This document shows positions 38,577 through 52,942 of a stretch of 64,000 nucleotides of DNA, one piece after another. Both the position numbers and the translations under genes were made by a program. Each line of letters opens with the position of its first letter. Position 1 is the first letter of the stretch. The stretch covers positions 3,822,799 to 3,886,798 of the forward strand of contig CM119268.1 in assembly GCA_051294375.1 (NCBI GenBank). The letters run 5' to 3'. This stretch comes from Paraspadella gotoi (Eukaryota > Animalia > Chaetognatha). The notes beneath the pieces were generated by a model. The model worked only from the letters and a program-made list of their open reading frames with translations, had not been told where the DNA came from and did not search any database.

Positions 38577-40019
38577 AGAAGAGAGAAGAGAAGAGACTGA
38601 GTGAGGACTGGAACGACATGAATCGCTGGGATTTGTCAACGCGCAAAGGGAGATGAGTTAAGGAGGTTAGGAAGCGCGGGGAGAGAGGGGGGGTGGAGGG
38701 GGGCGTTAGGGGAGGTGGAAGGGGGGGAGACGAAGAGACTCGCTCTCTCGAGCGTAGAAGTTTATGCAGGATGGCCCAAGATGAGGGAAACGTTAAGGAT
38801 GCACTGTGGGCGAGAACGAGGCGCATATAACTTGTAGCGGGAGGAGGAGAGGGAGAGGAGGGAAGAGAGGGAAGNNNNNNNNNNNNNNNNNNNNNNNNNT
38901 CTCTCTCTCTCTCTCTCTCAAAACGAGACAAAATTCCATCAGCGACGAAACATGGAATCTCTGGTCGACCTCATTGACTCCTTCGCAAATTCTCTCGTCG
39001 TCGCTATTATCGTCGTCGCTATTATCGTCGTCGTTATCATTTACAATGTTACTGATAATTAAACCGATTAGTTGGTCTCACTTCAGTTCTCCTNNNNNNN
39101 NNNNNNNNNNNNNNNNNNTTTTTCATATTCCAATTTATCACGTAGTATTATTCCAATCTTCGGCTCCTTCTCCCGATCCGATTACTTGATCATCAGCACA
39201 AATTTTATCGTATCGCCTTCGGATTCATGCCTCTTCTCAGTTCCCTCCCATTCATTCACTCCTCTTTCGTTCAATCCTCTTTCGGTTCACTCCTTTTATC
39301 TGTTCACTCCTCTTATGTTCACTCCTCTTTCGTTCATTCCATTTTCATCTCATTTTACATTCATTCCACTCGCTCTTTCGTATCACTCCTCTTATCGTCC
39401 CACCTCAGTTCGCTTCACTCCCTATTTTCCGTTCACTCCTCTTTCCCAACTTACACTCTCTTGCTTTCGGTTCACCCCTCTCTTTTCTCTCTCTCTTCCC
39501 TCTCCCATCTCTCTCGCTCTTCCTCTCTCTCTCTCGCTCCCTCTCTCCCTCTTTCCTCCTCCCCGACTACGAAGTGTATCGCCTCGTTCTCGCCACATCA
39601 TAACACGTCCCTTTTGGGCCATCCGCACGTAACTCAGCCGAGAGAAGCGAGTCTCTCGTCCCCCCTTCCACGCTCACCCCCTAACCGCCCCCCTGCCACC
39701 CCCCCTCTCTCCGCATGACGCTCCCTTAACCTTAACCCATTCCCTTTGCGTGTTGCCAAATCCCCAGCGATTACTGTCGCTTCCAGTCTCTCACTCAGTT
39801 CTCTCTGCTCTTCTCTCTCTCTCTCTCTCCTCTCTCTCCATCTCTCTCTCTCTCTCTCTCTTCTCCCGCGTGCTCGTCTCGGTATTCTTGTCAAAAGTCG
39901 CGTTTCCTCTTACTTTTTTTCTCTTCTACAGAGGAATCACGAAAGCGAGTACAGTAGCAGCCTGCTTGGCAAAAGAGAGAATGTGAGACGAGAAAGAGCG
40001 AGAGAGGAGACGAGCGAGA

Positions 40020-40056
<37 letters not shown>

Positions 40057-40245
40057 AGAGATGCAGAGAGACAGACGAGAGAGAGAGAGAGACATCGAAG
40101 CGATAAAGCTTTTCTTCAAAAAAGGTCACACATATTATTATAAAATATATGATTTCACTTATATATTTCCTCAAGAACAGAAATATATAACTTATTTGTC
40201 GCAATTTGATATGGCGTTTAACGATAAAACGCAAAAATTTTTTTT

Positions 40246-40280
<35 letters not shown>

Positions 40281-41336
40281 ACTCTCTCTCTCTCTCTCTC
40301 TCTCTGACTCTCTCTCAAAACGAGACAAATATCCATTCAGCGAAACGAAACCACTGAATGCTTCTGCGTCGACCTCATTGGACCCTTCGCAAATACTCTC
40401 GTTCCGTCGGCTATTATTGGTCGCCGTCGCTACGTTATCGTCGTCGTTATCCATTCTACAATGTTTCACTGATAATCTAAAACCGAATTAGTTGTCTCAC
40501 CTTCAGTTCCTCCTTACTCACCATCTCTCCCTCCTCTTCCCTCTTCCTTCCCTCATTCCTTCTTCTATTCCTCCATTCCTCCTCCTTACCTCCATTTCCC
40601 ACTCTGCTTCTCCCTCATTTCTTACTCCTCCTTTCCTCCCTCCTCCCGTTTTCCACCCTTCCATGCCCTCATCTTTTTCCCGCCTTCCCTCCTCTTCCTT
40701 CTATCTATCTCCTCCCTTCCTCCCTAATTATCTCCCTCTTCCTCCCTCCTCCCTTCCTCCCTCTTCTCTCCCTCTCTCTCCCTCCTTCTCCTCCTTCCTC
40801 CTCTTCTCTCCCTCTTTTCTCCCTTTCCCTTTCTCCTCCCTCTCCTCCTCTTCTCCCACTCTTCCTCCCCTTCCCTTTTCTCCCTTCTCCTTCCTCCCTA
40901 TCCTCCCTCCTTCCCGTTACTAACTCTTGCTCCCTCATTCTCCCTCCCTCCCTCTTTTCTTCTCCCCCTTCCTCCTCTTCTCCTTCTCCCCTCTTTCACT
41001 CGTTCTTTGCCACCAGACGCACGACCTCCTTCGTGACCTCCACTACTACAACGACAACAACAACAATAACCTTCACCCACGTGAATCCTTAAAACCGAAA
41101 AAAAAACCGGCGTCGCTCCTCGAAACCCACATTTGCTCCTTCGAACACGAATTCACTCCTGCTCCTTTAAATCCGAATTTACTACTTTTGAGCCAAATTT
41201 TCTGATTTAAAAACAAACATAAACTTGTAAAAATCATTTTAACTTTCCTCCAACAACTTAATCCATTTAATTTTTAAAAGTAGATTATATGAAAAATTGC
41301 TAATCTTTCCTTCTAAATTAACTACATAATATCAAC
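37081..41336. repeat. Long inverted duplication with ~1.8-kb arms (37081-38870 / 39560-41336)
   Basis: For example AAAAGTAGTAAATTCGGATTTAAAGGAGC at about 37248 is reverse-complemented at about 41161. The spacer holds two 25-N gaps and extra partial copies. Confidence 0.85.
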
Positions 41337-44300
41337 TCTAAACCTGTTATCTCAAAATTCCGTCGCTCGTTTGGATCAAATTTAATCTCAGTTTGAAAAT
41401 CTTTAATCGCACCCGCCGCCAGTGGAAAATATTCATTTTCATCTCAGGATTTACATTGTTTAAGTTGCCGCTGCTTATTTTACAAATGGCGACGTTCGAG
41501 GTTTCAAAAGTTGTTGATTTATCGAAGTTAAAAACAGGCGAGGATTTAAAATCATTTCCAAATTGTTTGTAAACAATCCAAATAAACAATAAAATTTCGG
41601 TTAAAAGGTAAATAAACGGTCTTAAAACCGTTTCGACGTCGTAGACTTTTAGGAAACTGAAGAATTTACAAAATTCCAAATCAAACGTTATCTCAAATAA
41701 CTCAGATTGCCTCGGCCAACCCTTTTCCCCTCTTCTTCAATTATCCGTCGTCGCGACTGCCGATCGCGAAATTGGGAAACTTTAACTCAGATATTTTCAT
41801 TCCCAATCGTCGGACGTTGAGCCGTCTTCCCCTACGGCGACGCTCGCCACCGCCGATACTTACATATTACTTTCTTTTTCATTTTGATTTATGATTCATG
41901 ACATAACCTATCATAGAACGAAGTAAAGGATATCTTTTAATTTAACGATCCAACCTTCGCTCATTTTTTTCCCGCCTTTTCATTCTCTTCTTACAATCTC
42001 CCCCCTCCTTTCCCCCAACTCCACAGTCCACACACCTTCCACATCCCGCGCCCACACCCCTCTTCTTCCCCCTTCCACATCCCGCCCACACCCTTATTCC
42101 CACCCCCGTCTTGAAAATACATAAGAGGCGCTAAAAATTCCCCATAATGTTTCCCATCATCTCTCGTCCTTGACCCAAGAGAGGAAAACTTGTTTTCTCT
42201 TTTTTTTTTTTTTCTTTTTTCTTTTTTTACCATAATTTTTTGAGTCGCGTGGAAAGGACGACATAATTAAACTGATTTTGGTCCGTCTGTCTGTTTTAAA
42301 AAGAGATAAACGTTAGAAAATGTTATAATTATTATATAGATATATAGAAAAAGATTTTATCATCTAAATCATCGGTTTTTAATAGCTCAAATAAAAAATT
42401 TAATGAGCAAACTGGAAGAAAAAAAACAAGCAAACGAAGGAACAGCATTTGTTTCGGCAAAAGGATATAAAAAAAAAAATAGAAAAATATTTTTAGTATT
42501 TTAACGAAATAAAGAAAAAAAGACTTTCTTTGAGAACGACATGACTAATTTTTGAGAGAGCAACCAGACCTGTTGAGAGAACGACGCCACTTATTGAGAG
42601 AACGAACTGACTAATTTGGAGAACGACACGACTAATCAAAGGCTGGATTACCCTTAGTAGTATGAACGAATAGAAAATGCGCTCGATGATAATATCCAAG
42701 CCAATGCTCAACGGTAAACAATTTAATTTCCCATGGTTCGTGTTATTGTTGTTGTCGTTGTTGTTGTCGTTGTTATCGTCGTGGTCGTTGTCATTGTGGT
42801 TTATGTTGTTGTTGCACCTGATGCCTTTTTCGATTTTTTTTTTAAAGAAGAAACCCGATTATGACTTCAGCCCTTTTTCCAAAATACATTTCTGTAATAG
42901 GCGGGTTTTTACCGGGCGATTCTATAGGAAAGACATTTAAAAATCCCTATTATGACTAACCATGCGGTTGCAGAGCGATGAAAAACAGATTAGTCGATAG
43001 TAACACACACGAAAAAAAAAACCATTTCGTCTGAAATCCACTTAAACGTTAGTCCGTGAAAAAAAAGTAACGAGCAGACAAGTGTTTTTTTAAAGCAACG
43101 TAGGTCGGGTGGGGGAGAAGAGGTAAGTAAAGGAATGAGGTGAGTGCGACTGTTCAAAGGTAAATCACAACTTGGGTTCCCTTTTATAATGTACTAAGTA
43201 GCAAATGCAATGAAAATAAAGTAATAAAATATAGAAAACTGAGAATCATCGTGAGAGAGAGGATGGGTTTCGTCATATTTTGAAAATAATCAATTGATCA
43301 CGCAAGAGATCGCACACAAAGAGAGACAGAACTCGTTTTTAAACGATTCAGAAAAGGGCAGCGCCTGAAAAAAATATAGTATATATAATTAAAAAATAAA
43401 TAAAAGAAAGGCAAAAAATGTTAACAATGGTACTAATTGGAAACTTTTTCCAATTTTTCCAATCGGCAGCTTGTAAAAGATTTTATTTTATTTATATTAA
43501 AATTAAGATATAGCTTCTCATTAAAAAAATCCCTTTGAGTTCCATTTTTATTAGAAATTTAAAAAAATTTATTGAATTTCATCATTCAATATTATATATA
43601 CTGCAATATGTAAATTAGCTTAAAGCATTTCTATATACTAATTTGGATATTATAATGAGTACTATAATCTCATTTGGCATATTGCAGTAAATCATAATCA
43701 AATGGAAATTCAAACAAAAAATACTTAAATCCAAATGTAATAAAAATATCAAAGCTATTTCAAGTTGAGAAGCCATATCTAATTTTTTAACTACTATGAT
43801 CGCACACTTTTTGTAAAACTTTTATAATAATTCATAATTAATTTTTTATTTAAAAAAAAACGGTAAGTCCAGCCAAAACTATAAAAGCGCAGTAGTTTTT
43901 ATACAAAAATAGCGTAGACGCGACGACGACGCGACGACGACGACGACACGACGACGACTACGTCACAAAGAATCAACCTAAAACATTATAGAGCCTGACC
44001 CGGCTTCGCCGGTCAAGGCTCAATAAAAAGTTTTTTGATTCTGACTGTTGAAAATATATTGCTTCATTTTCAACTCTATTGTTAAATCGTGAATAAACAA
44101 AACTTTTTGAGAGTCGTGATTGAAAGCTTGCAGTGAACAGCTTATGTCATTATCTGGTAAGAATGATGGAGGCCTTAAACGCACCAAAGCCTGTCCAAAA
44201 GTCAGGGGCAAGATAGCTTTGTTTATAGAATGAATGGATAATGATTAATACAGCTTGTACCAATTTAGTAAATCTGTTCAATGCAGATATTCGAAAAACT

Positions 44301-44473
44301 CCTCTCTCCTCTCTCCTCTCTCTCTCTCTCTTCTCTCTCTTCTCTCTGCTCCTCTCTCTTTCTCTCACTGTGCGGGCGAGTGAGTCTCAAAGGATTTAAA
44401 AAAAGATGAGAAAAAAAGATAAAGGATACCTGTTTTGTTCAATTTTGCGAAAAAAACTAATTTTCTCTCTCTT

Positions 44474-44510
<37 letters not shown>

Positions 44511-45116
44511 GTCTCTCTCTCTCTTCTCTCCTCTCCTCTCCTCTCTCGTCTCTCTCTTTTCAGTTCGAGTTCAAGGTTTACGATGGTTGTCTTAGTTTGT
44601 TTTTTTTTTTGCGTCTGTTTTTTTTTTATTTGCGAAAGAAAAATACTGAAAATCCGAGGTTATTGTGACTTTGATGTATTGTTCTATGTATTTTCGAAGT
44701 ATTTTCTATGCTTTTTCAATTTTTGATCTATTTTATATTTTTCTAAAATAAATGAACAAATTTTTAGGTATTCATTTCTATTTGTATAAATTTATTTAAA
44801 CTGGCCGCAAAACCCGAGCGACGTCGTCCAAGTTCGAACGACCGAAGTATCTTTTCTGACAGTATCAATTGACAAATAATTCCGGCATATGATATACCAA
44901 TCTAGCTATTTGGCTAAAGTTTTTATCACTAAAAAATATTCAAANNNNNNNNNNNNNNNNNNNNNNNNNCGAAAGCGGCTCGATCCCTATTGCTTTTAAG
45001 ATTTTTATTCCTAAAATTTACTCACGATATCAAACTGATGACCACAAAAATTCGCCAGACAGCGCGTGACGCCCCCCACGTGTCTTTGTGACCCAACAGT
45101 CGCGTGTCAAAATGCC

Positions 45117-45178
<62 letters not shown>

Positions 45179-45701
45179 CATGATTTTACATATCACGGAA
45201 GCAATAATGATGCTGACGATGACGACGACAGCGAAGACGACAAAGACGGCAAAGAGAACGATGACGATTACGACGACGGCATAGAGGAAAACAACAACGA
45301 CGACGACGACGACGACCAACTCTTGATGTTTCCCTCGCCAGTGATTTTCGTAGACGAAAAAAAAACTTGCTNNNNNNNNNNNNNNNNNNNNNNNNNNNNN
45401 NNNNNNNNNNNNNNNNNNNNNNNNNNNNNNNNNNNNNNNNNNNNNNNNNNNNNNNNNNNNNNNNNNNNNNNNNNNNNNNNNNNNNNNNNNNNNNNNNNNN
45501 NNNNNNNNNNNNNNNNNNNNNNNNNNNNNNNNNNNNNNNNNNNNNNNNNNNNNNNNNNNNNNNNNNNNNNNNNNNNNNNGTATAAACCATTAAAGAGATT
45601 AAAAATAGCCTCACAGCCCGAGACCACAATTAAAGCCACCCACTGTTTCGAGAGGCGCTTTTCCGAGAAAAGGTTAGGGAAAGACGACGACGATGAGGAC
45701 G

Positions 45702-45733
<32 letters not shown>

Positions 45734-47600
45734 GACGACGACGACTTTTTTCCTCCATGATTGCTCGTTGATGATTTTCAAAACACACCCCTTTAAATTA
45801 ACTCGAGAGCGAAAATGTCCATTACTCTCTCTCTCTCTCCCTCTCTCNNNNNNNNNNNNNNNNNNNNNNNNNNNNNNNNNNNNNNNNNNNNNNNNNNNNN
45901 NNNNNNNNNNNNNNNNNNNNNNNNNNNNNNNNNNNNNNNNNNNNNNNNNNNNNNNNNNNNNNNNNNNNNNNNNNNNNNNNNNNNNNNNNNNNNNNNNNNN
46001 NNNNNNNNTCTCTCTATCTTTCACACACACATTATGGAGATGACCGATTCACGAGGGGAAAAAGACTCTCACCGCTTAGACACTTACCCACTCAACCTCC
46101 CCCCACTCAACCCCCACCGCCGCCGCCCACACATTCCTCACCCACAAAACGGATTCCCTTCTTCTCACTTACCAACCAACATCTTCATTGATTGGTCCAG
46201 CCAATCGCATGTGGATCACCCTCTTTCGACGAAACGCCTAGTTCTGCTTCACCAATCACCGCGACTGCTCCATCAATCACCAACGATCCTTAACCAGTCA
46301 CCGCAATGTCAATTACAAATCGCCTCTAACCAGTCACTAACTTATTAATCATTAACTTAAACTTTCACTAACCCATTCCATCAGCGCCAGTTAACCACTC
46401 ACAACCAAAAACAACAATCACCCTTCACCAATCACTGTCTCTCACTCATCAACTATACAACTCACCACTCACTCACCGCTCAATCACCACTCACTCGCCA
46501 CTCAATCCCCCCACACTGACTCCAAATATCCTCGACCCGAAAGTCGGACCGAACGATACAGAGAGAGAGAGAGAGAGAGAGAGAGNNNNNNNNNNNNNNN
46601 NNNNNNNNNNNNNNNNNNNNNNNNNNNNNNNNNNNNNNNNNNNNNNNNNNNNNNNNNNNNNNNNNNNNNNNNNNNNNNNNNNNNNNNNNNNNNNNNNNNN
46701 NNNNNNNNNNNNNNNNNNNNNNNNNNNNNNNNNNNNNNNNNNNNNNNNNNNNNNNNNNNNNNNNNNNNNNNNNNNNNNNNNNNNNNNNNNNNNNNNNNNN
46801 NNNNNNNNNNNNNNNNNNNNNNNNNNNNNNNNNNNNNNNNNNNNNNNNNNNNNNNNNNNNNNNNNNNNCCGCCAATCGGCGCGGTTCACGTGATCGGGTG
46901 AGGATTTCGAAAGAAGTGATTATTATCTCATCGATGACAAAATAGATATGATAGAGAGATGATTATGAAGAGTTGAGGAGAGAAAAGTTTGAAAAAAAAA
47001 ACCAATCATTAACCCTAATCCTAAACCCTAACCTAATCCTACACCCTAACCTTAATCCTGATCCCTAACCCTCACTTCTAAGTTTAACCCTAAACGCTAT
47101 TCCCTAACCCAAATCCCTATCCTTAATCACTTACTTAATCGCTAACTTAATTCTCAACCTTTAACTAAAAAAAAAAATTACCCTAATTCCGAAATTAATA
47201 TAAAATGGGGCGTTATGGAAAAATAAGGTCACATTTTGAACGGAAAAAAATTGGGTAGCCAATTAATCAATCAGTTGATAAGTTAAAAGATAAATACAGT
47301 ACGTTATTCCAAGTCAATTTATATTTATACTTACGTGAAACGAATTCGTTATAAGTAATTTTTACTTTTTAACATTTATGCGTCAAAAAAAAAAGTATTT
47401 TGCAAGCTCTACTACTAAACTTTTACGGTTCTATAAATTAAACTGTGTCTCTCCCAAGCGAGCTCTTTTTAATGAAATTGAGCGATTCAGATTAGGATTA
47501 AATTTAGTTATTCAGCTTTAAATTTCATTTCATGTGTTTCCCTTTTTTATTGTTCCAAGCATAGATAATAAATATGGGAAAAAACGTTGTTTTATAAAAA

Positions 47601-47673
47601 TGCCGAAACCCGGGATTGAACCAGGGACCTTTAGATCTTCAGTCTAACGCTCTCCCAACTGAGCTATTTCGGC
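47601..47673 (-). tRNA. tRNA-Phe(GAA)
   Basis: GCCGAAATAGCTCAGTTGGGAGAGCGTTAGACTGAAGATCTAAAGGTCCCTGGTTCAATCCCGGGTTTCGGCA. Canonical metazoan cloverleaf with a T-run terminator immediately downstream. Confidence 0.97.
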
Positions 47674-47849
47674 TAGTGATAAGAAAAGCTAAATCGTTGA
47701 ACTTAAGGTATTCCTTTACTTTTTGATAACTAAAATTATCAATCTTCTAAGATTCGTTTTAAACCTCAAGTCAAGGCCGAAGATTCCAAGAGTAATTCCA
47801 TTATAAAAATCGTTACGATAATTTCATTATTTTTTTTTTTAAAAAGGTA

Positions 47850-47931
47850 TGGCAGCGGTGGGATTCGAACCCACGCCTCCGAAGAGACTGGTGCCTTAAA
47901 CCAGCGCCTTAGACCGCTCGGCCACGCTACC
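47850..47931 (-). tRNA. tRNA-Leu(AAG)
   Basis: GGTAGCGTGGCCGAGCGGTCTAAGGCGCTGGTTTAAGGCACCAGTCTCTTCGGAGGCGTGGGTTCGAATCCCACCGCTGCCA. Long variable arm, followed by a T5 terminator. Confidence 0.97.
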
Positions 47932-49764
47932 GGATGAATGTCAAGGTTTAGAAACGAAGAGAGAATCTTCTTCGATTCGTTTTTAAACTAATCCGAAACG
48001 ATCTCTTCGATAGAGAAAAAGATTCGAGTTTGATGATCATGAAATTTAGCTCGAGTCCCAAAAATGTTTTTTTGTTATAAAAGTGGTTTTTTAAAAAATT
48101 AATTGTACAAATTTTTGGTTGATTTTTGAAAGAACTGTTGTTTGTTTTGTTTTTTTTTTTACTGATACAATGGTTCTATAAAGTTTTTAACGATTCTAAA
48201 ACTATTTTGAGATACTTATAACTACAACGAAAATGCGATGGTAGCACATCAAAAAGAAAAAGAAAAAAAAAAACACAACATGACAAATTCTTCCATACAT
48301 TATTTATTTTTAATATCAATTAATTATTGTACAGAGAGTAACAACTATGGCCAGGCTTAAGATAGAAACCAAAACGGCATCAAGAATCTCATTGTACATT
48401 CGAGACAAAATTTACAAATAAATTATATGAATAACCTGTCCCTCGAAAGATATATACATCATTCATTATGCATGAAAAGATATAAATTTAAGTAGACCCA
48501 AAATCTAACTATGGAAGTACATCGAGTTAAATCAAAAAACCTTGCATGATTAGTCACAAAGCAATAAAAAGTTTTTGTAGATAGGCAAAATTTACTGAAA
48601 TTAAGCGTAAAGGTTAGTACAAAAAAATAGCTTCTCAAAATATGCTAATTCCCTAAATGCGAGTCTTCGCGATCTCGAAACTGTTCTTTTGTATGATTTT
48701 TCAGTGGAGTCACCCGAATTTTTTTTATCGAATCTTCGGATTTTTTAAACTTGTCAACAAAAACTAATTTTCTATTAAAAAAAGTTTTAAAAATTGTGAT
48801 TAAAGGCATTATTTGAAATTAAAGTGAACTGTTTTATCGAACTGAAGTTCATCGGTTTTTATTTTTTTAAATATTTCATCAAAACTTTGCCATGTTTTCT
48901 TAATTCTGGATAATTCAGCTTGATATTTGTTTGTAAAATAATATTTACATACTCTTCTGCTTTAACGTCGTATTAAGTTTTGTTAAATATAATATTTAAG
49001 TACTCCTCTGCGTTTGGCAGATATTTTTTTTCTTTTCCAGGTTAACGATTATTGTTTACAAAGAAGAGATTGAAAAAATTGGGAATGAACAAAGAGAAAA
49101 AATTAGAGGAAGAGAAAAAACTTTTATAAAATAAGAACTATATTAACAATCTTAACAAAAGACAAGTAACAGGTATAAAGGACAGAAATGACTACGTCCT
49201 TCAGATCAAGAGCACAAAAAAGAAGAATATTAAAAGAATAACACAACAACTTTGAAAATTTGTGTGAAAATCCAATATCAATAAGTTGAGAGCAGATTAT
49301 ATATGAGGACTAAACAGATGATTTGAACACAATCATTGAAAAACACCATTCAACACACACTCTCAGCAATTCATAAATTATTAAGAGACTTTGGAAAAAG
49401 CGAATCATACCAACAGAAAATTAATTTAATTATCACACACACTCGAGCGATTGACGGTGTAAACAAAAAGAATCAGAGTCTCATCATTACCTGTGAGCAG
49501 AATGAGAATCGGGAAATCGACCACCGAAGAAAACGACTGCAGCACGCCGAGGATCCGAAGCTCAGCTGATCACTTGTTTATCACAAGGGTGACAGGAACA
49601 GGGGGTGGGCTTGGGGGACGAGGAACTGGAGGTGGAGGGAGGGAGGAAGGGTGTGAGAGAGTCTTTTAGTGATTGAAAAGTGAGGAGGAGGAGGAGGAGG
49701 AGGCAGAGAAAAGAAAAAAGAGGAAGGTGGATGATAATGGAGAGTAGGGTGAAAGTGATAGGAA

Positions 49765-49826
<62 letters not shown>

Positions 49827-50271
49827 GAACGAGGAGAGAGAGAGAACAGCGGGAGAGTGAACAAAAGATTGAATGATAAATTGTTATAAAATGATAAATT
49901 TGATTACAGACGATGGTACGAATATGGAAATGCGAATATAAAGAAGGCTCGGAATTAATGGGATCAAGAGAGTAACAAGGAAATATTGCTTTTTCTTGCG
50001 CCAAGACACATTTCGTTTTGGGAAGGAGAAGGGAGAGCGGAGTAGGGAGGTGAGAGGCAACGAAGGGAGAGGAGAGAGAGAGAAGAGGCTTCTCATTTGA
50101 ATTAGAAGCAGGAAATTGCTGCAGTATTTCTTTTCGCAGTTTTGGAAGTAGATTTTTTTTTCTAAGAAGCGACAATCGTTTTTTTGCGAGTGCAAAAAAA
50201 AAAAATACCTAGAAACGAATTTGCGCTCGCACACCAATGAAGCTATGACAAAAAGGCTAACTGTTTTTATA

Positions 50272-50395
50272 TTGAGAGATGGAGACCTTAATCATAAGGG
50301 ATTAGAGATTAAGAGATTAGAAGATGGAGCCCTAATCCATAAGGGATTAGAGATTAGAGAATTAGAGAGATGGAGGCCTTAATCAATAAGGGATT
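50272..50395. repeat. ~47-bp tandem repeat, about 3 copies
   Basis: GAGATGGAG(A/C)CCTTAATC.ATAAGGGATTAGAGATT repeated. Confidence 0.75.
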
Positions 50396-52904
50396 TACAA
50401 ATGCTTATTTTTATAGAAATTTGTAATGTTTCTATTTTTTTATTACATTACATAAACGCAACGAATGAAATAATAAAATTCATTTCCGATTTCAATTAAG
50501 CAAGACCTTTCTTTTCAATCATTCTTCTTTCTTGTTTATATTAGATTTATATTAACTCCATAGAATTCAAATTTTAACATTTTATAAATCAACTCGTTTT
50601 TACACTCGATTTTCTTCTTCCAAGGTTTTACTTGTTGAGGCCTCGAACCGCGACTTACGAGAGTCTCAGATAGTTCTCCGTTATCAGGCTTAACTAAGAG
50701 ACTTTTTATTCGCAAGATATTCTTTTGAGATTTGAATTTAATTTTATAAAAATTATTTTTTAAAATTTCATTTTATTTGCATTGATCGTATTGGATTTGA
50801 TATATAAGAGAGGATGTAAACCTTTCTAAAGTTTAAAATGACATAAAAAAGTTATTGTTTTTCAGACTAATTTTCTTATTATATTGTTTTTTATTTTTTT
50901 TAATTAAAAATTTTTCCAATTTTATAAAAAACTGAAATCGTCGCTTCCGTGACAAACAAGAGAAAAAAAGTTTTTAATCTTTAACATAAACGCAACAGAT
51001 TTGTTTTTACTAAAAAAGGATTTAAAAATATTATTTAAAATTTAAAAATATTAATTTAAAAAGCTTTTCATCTTAAGGTAATTAATGGTAAGCATTGGTC
51101 AGGACATTCACATTCATATTTAGCAAGTTTCCTGCGTTTCAATGTACAACATTAAAATAACATTTTATATTTGAATGACGGCAACAACGACCGATGACAA
51201 CGACGACGAACGACACGATGAGGTATGATGACCTCTTCCCTTTTGTTGCTTCCGCTTGAACAAATTCTGTTTCTGTTATTCTCAGTTTTTTATTCTCTCT
51301 CTTTCTCTCTGTCATCTTCTTTTATTCATTCCTTTATTTTTGTTTTTTGTTTATTATTTTTTTCTCATCATTTATCTCATATTATTTGTTGTGGATATTT
51401 TTAGAAATTTTTTGAGATGACCAAATAATAAATAAGAATATAAACAAAATTTATTAATAATTGGACCTTCTTTTGCTGAAAATAAATTTAACAAATTTCC
51501 GTTAAATTTTCATTTCATACAAAAAAGTAAAAAAAAAAATTTCGCGAATTAAAATAAATATTTGTTTTTATCTTGTTATATAAATTGGTACAACCAATAT
51601 GAAAATTTTCAAATAAGCTATCTTTCCTCAGACTTTGGAACAGCTTTGGTGGTTTAAGGCCTCCATCACTCTGGCAAGATAATGAAATAGCAGGTCCCTC
51701 CAAGCATTATTCAAAACCTTCTCACAGACTCGTTTATTCACTCTCCCAGAATACCTGGCTCCCTATAAAATTTTGAGATATTTGAGATCACAGTTTAATT
51801 AATAAATTTTCCCAAATAGTTAAAACTGCTCTCATTGTCAAATGTCTCACATTAACCTTTCCACTTTATCACATTTCTTAAGCTCCAAACTTCCCCTTTT
51901 TTCTCTCATCTCAATTTTTTTTTCTCACTGAACTAATTAAATTGACTTTAACGAACTAAGGTCAGCGTCACCCTATTTTCAGAAAAAATAAGGCCCTATT
52001 TTCCCAAGAAACCCAATTTCATTTTAATATCTTTTAGATTTAAAACGTTACGGTTAAAGATGAAATCTTCCATGGTCCTGCTTTGTTATTATCTTACAAG
52101 AGTGATGGAGGGTAAACCACCATAACGATCCGTATCCATAATTGAGCGAAGTGAAGGTACGTACGGAAATTCTAAAAGTAATTATGAACAACAATACCAT
52201 CAGTGAACATTATTTTAAAAAAATCAATTTATGTTTATTAATTTTCGCAGTAGGCTTTATTTATATAATATACTATCCTTTATAAAATCGAAAAATTTCA
52301 AAATAGGCTTTCTTAATAATTCTTAATAAAAAAAGTTAATTTTTTAGCTTAAAATAAGGCTTTTTATAATTTTTGACACCACTTAATAAAGGAATTTTTC
52401 AAAAAGAGTTATAAATTTCTTTTTATCAACTTTTTAATGACGAATCTAAATCTGCAAAACAAATCTTAGAAAAAACTGTTTTGAAATTTTAACATTTACT
52501 AGTATAAAATATGGGCCTACTGCATAAATGAAATTATTATAAACTTTTTTTATACAATAAATGTTCATAGTATAAATATTGTTCGTTCCTCACTTTTAGA
52601 ATTTTATTAAAGTTAAATTTGATTTTTAATCAATAGAGTCGCAGTGAGATGTCTATTTATTTAAATAAGGGGGATTTTTTACATTAGTTTTAGCCATTTA
52701 TTAGAACAAATTGAACACTAACAAAACGACAATACAATAACTACAAAGTAAATAAAAACACAAAAAACTTAAAAGCAAACCCGCATAAACTTTACACAAA
52801 AATGTCGATTTTTACCCAAACTAACGAGTTTTCACAAAAAAATACAAAAAAAACAAGTGACACTAAATAAAATTTGTGTCACAATCCCTTGGAATTAAGA
52901 TTCT

Positions 52905-52942
<38 letters not shown>

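Noticed and set aside
37081-41336. Giant palindrome as a biological hairpin or foldback element
   Set aside because: The arms differ mainly by scattered indels and the centre holds two 25-N gaps with extra partial copies, so an assembly or chimeric-read artefact is more likely.
45104-45760. Acidic Asp-rich 218-aa ORF
   Set aside because: Produced by GAT/GAC microsatellites and spans an N-gap. A similar tract lies in a taxilin intron (about 60960-61190).
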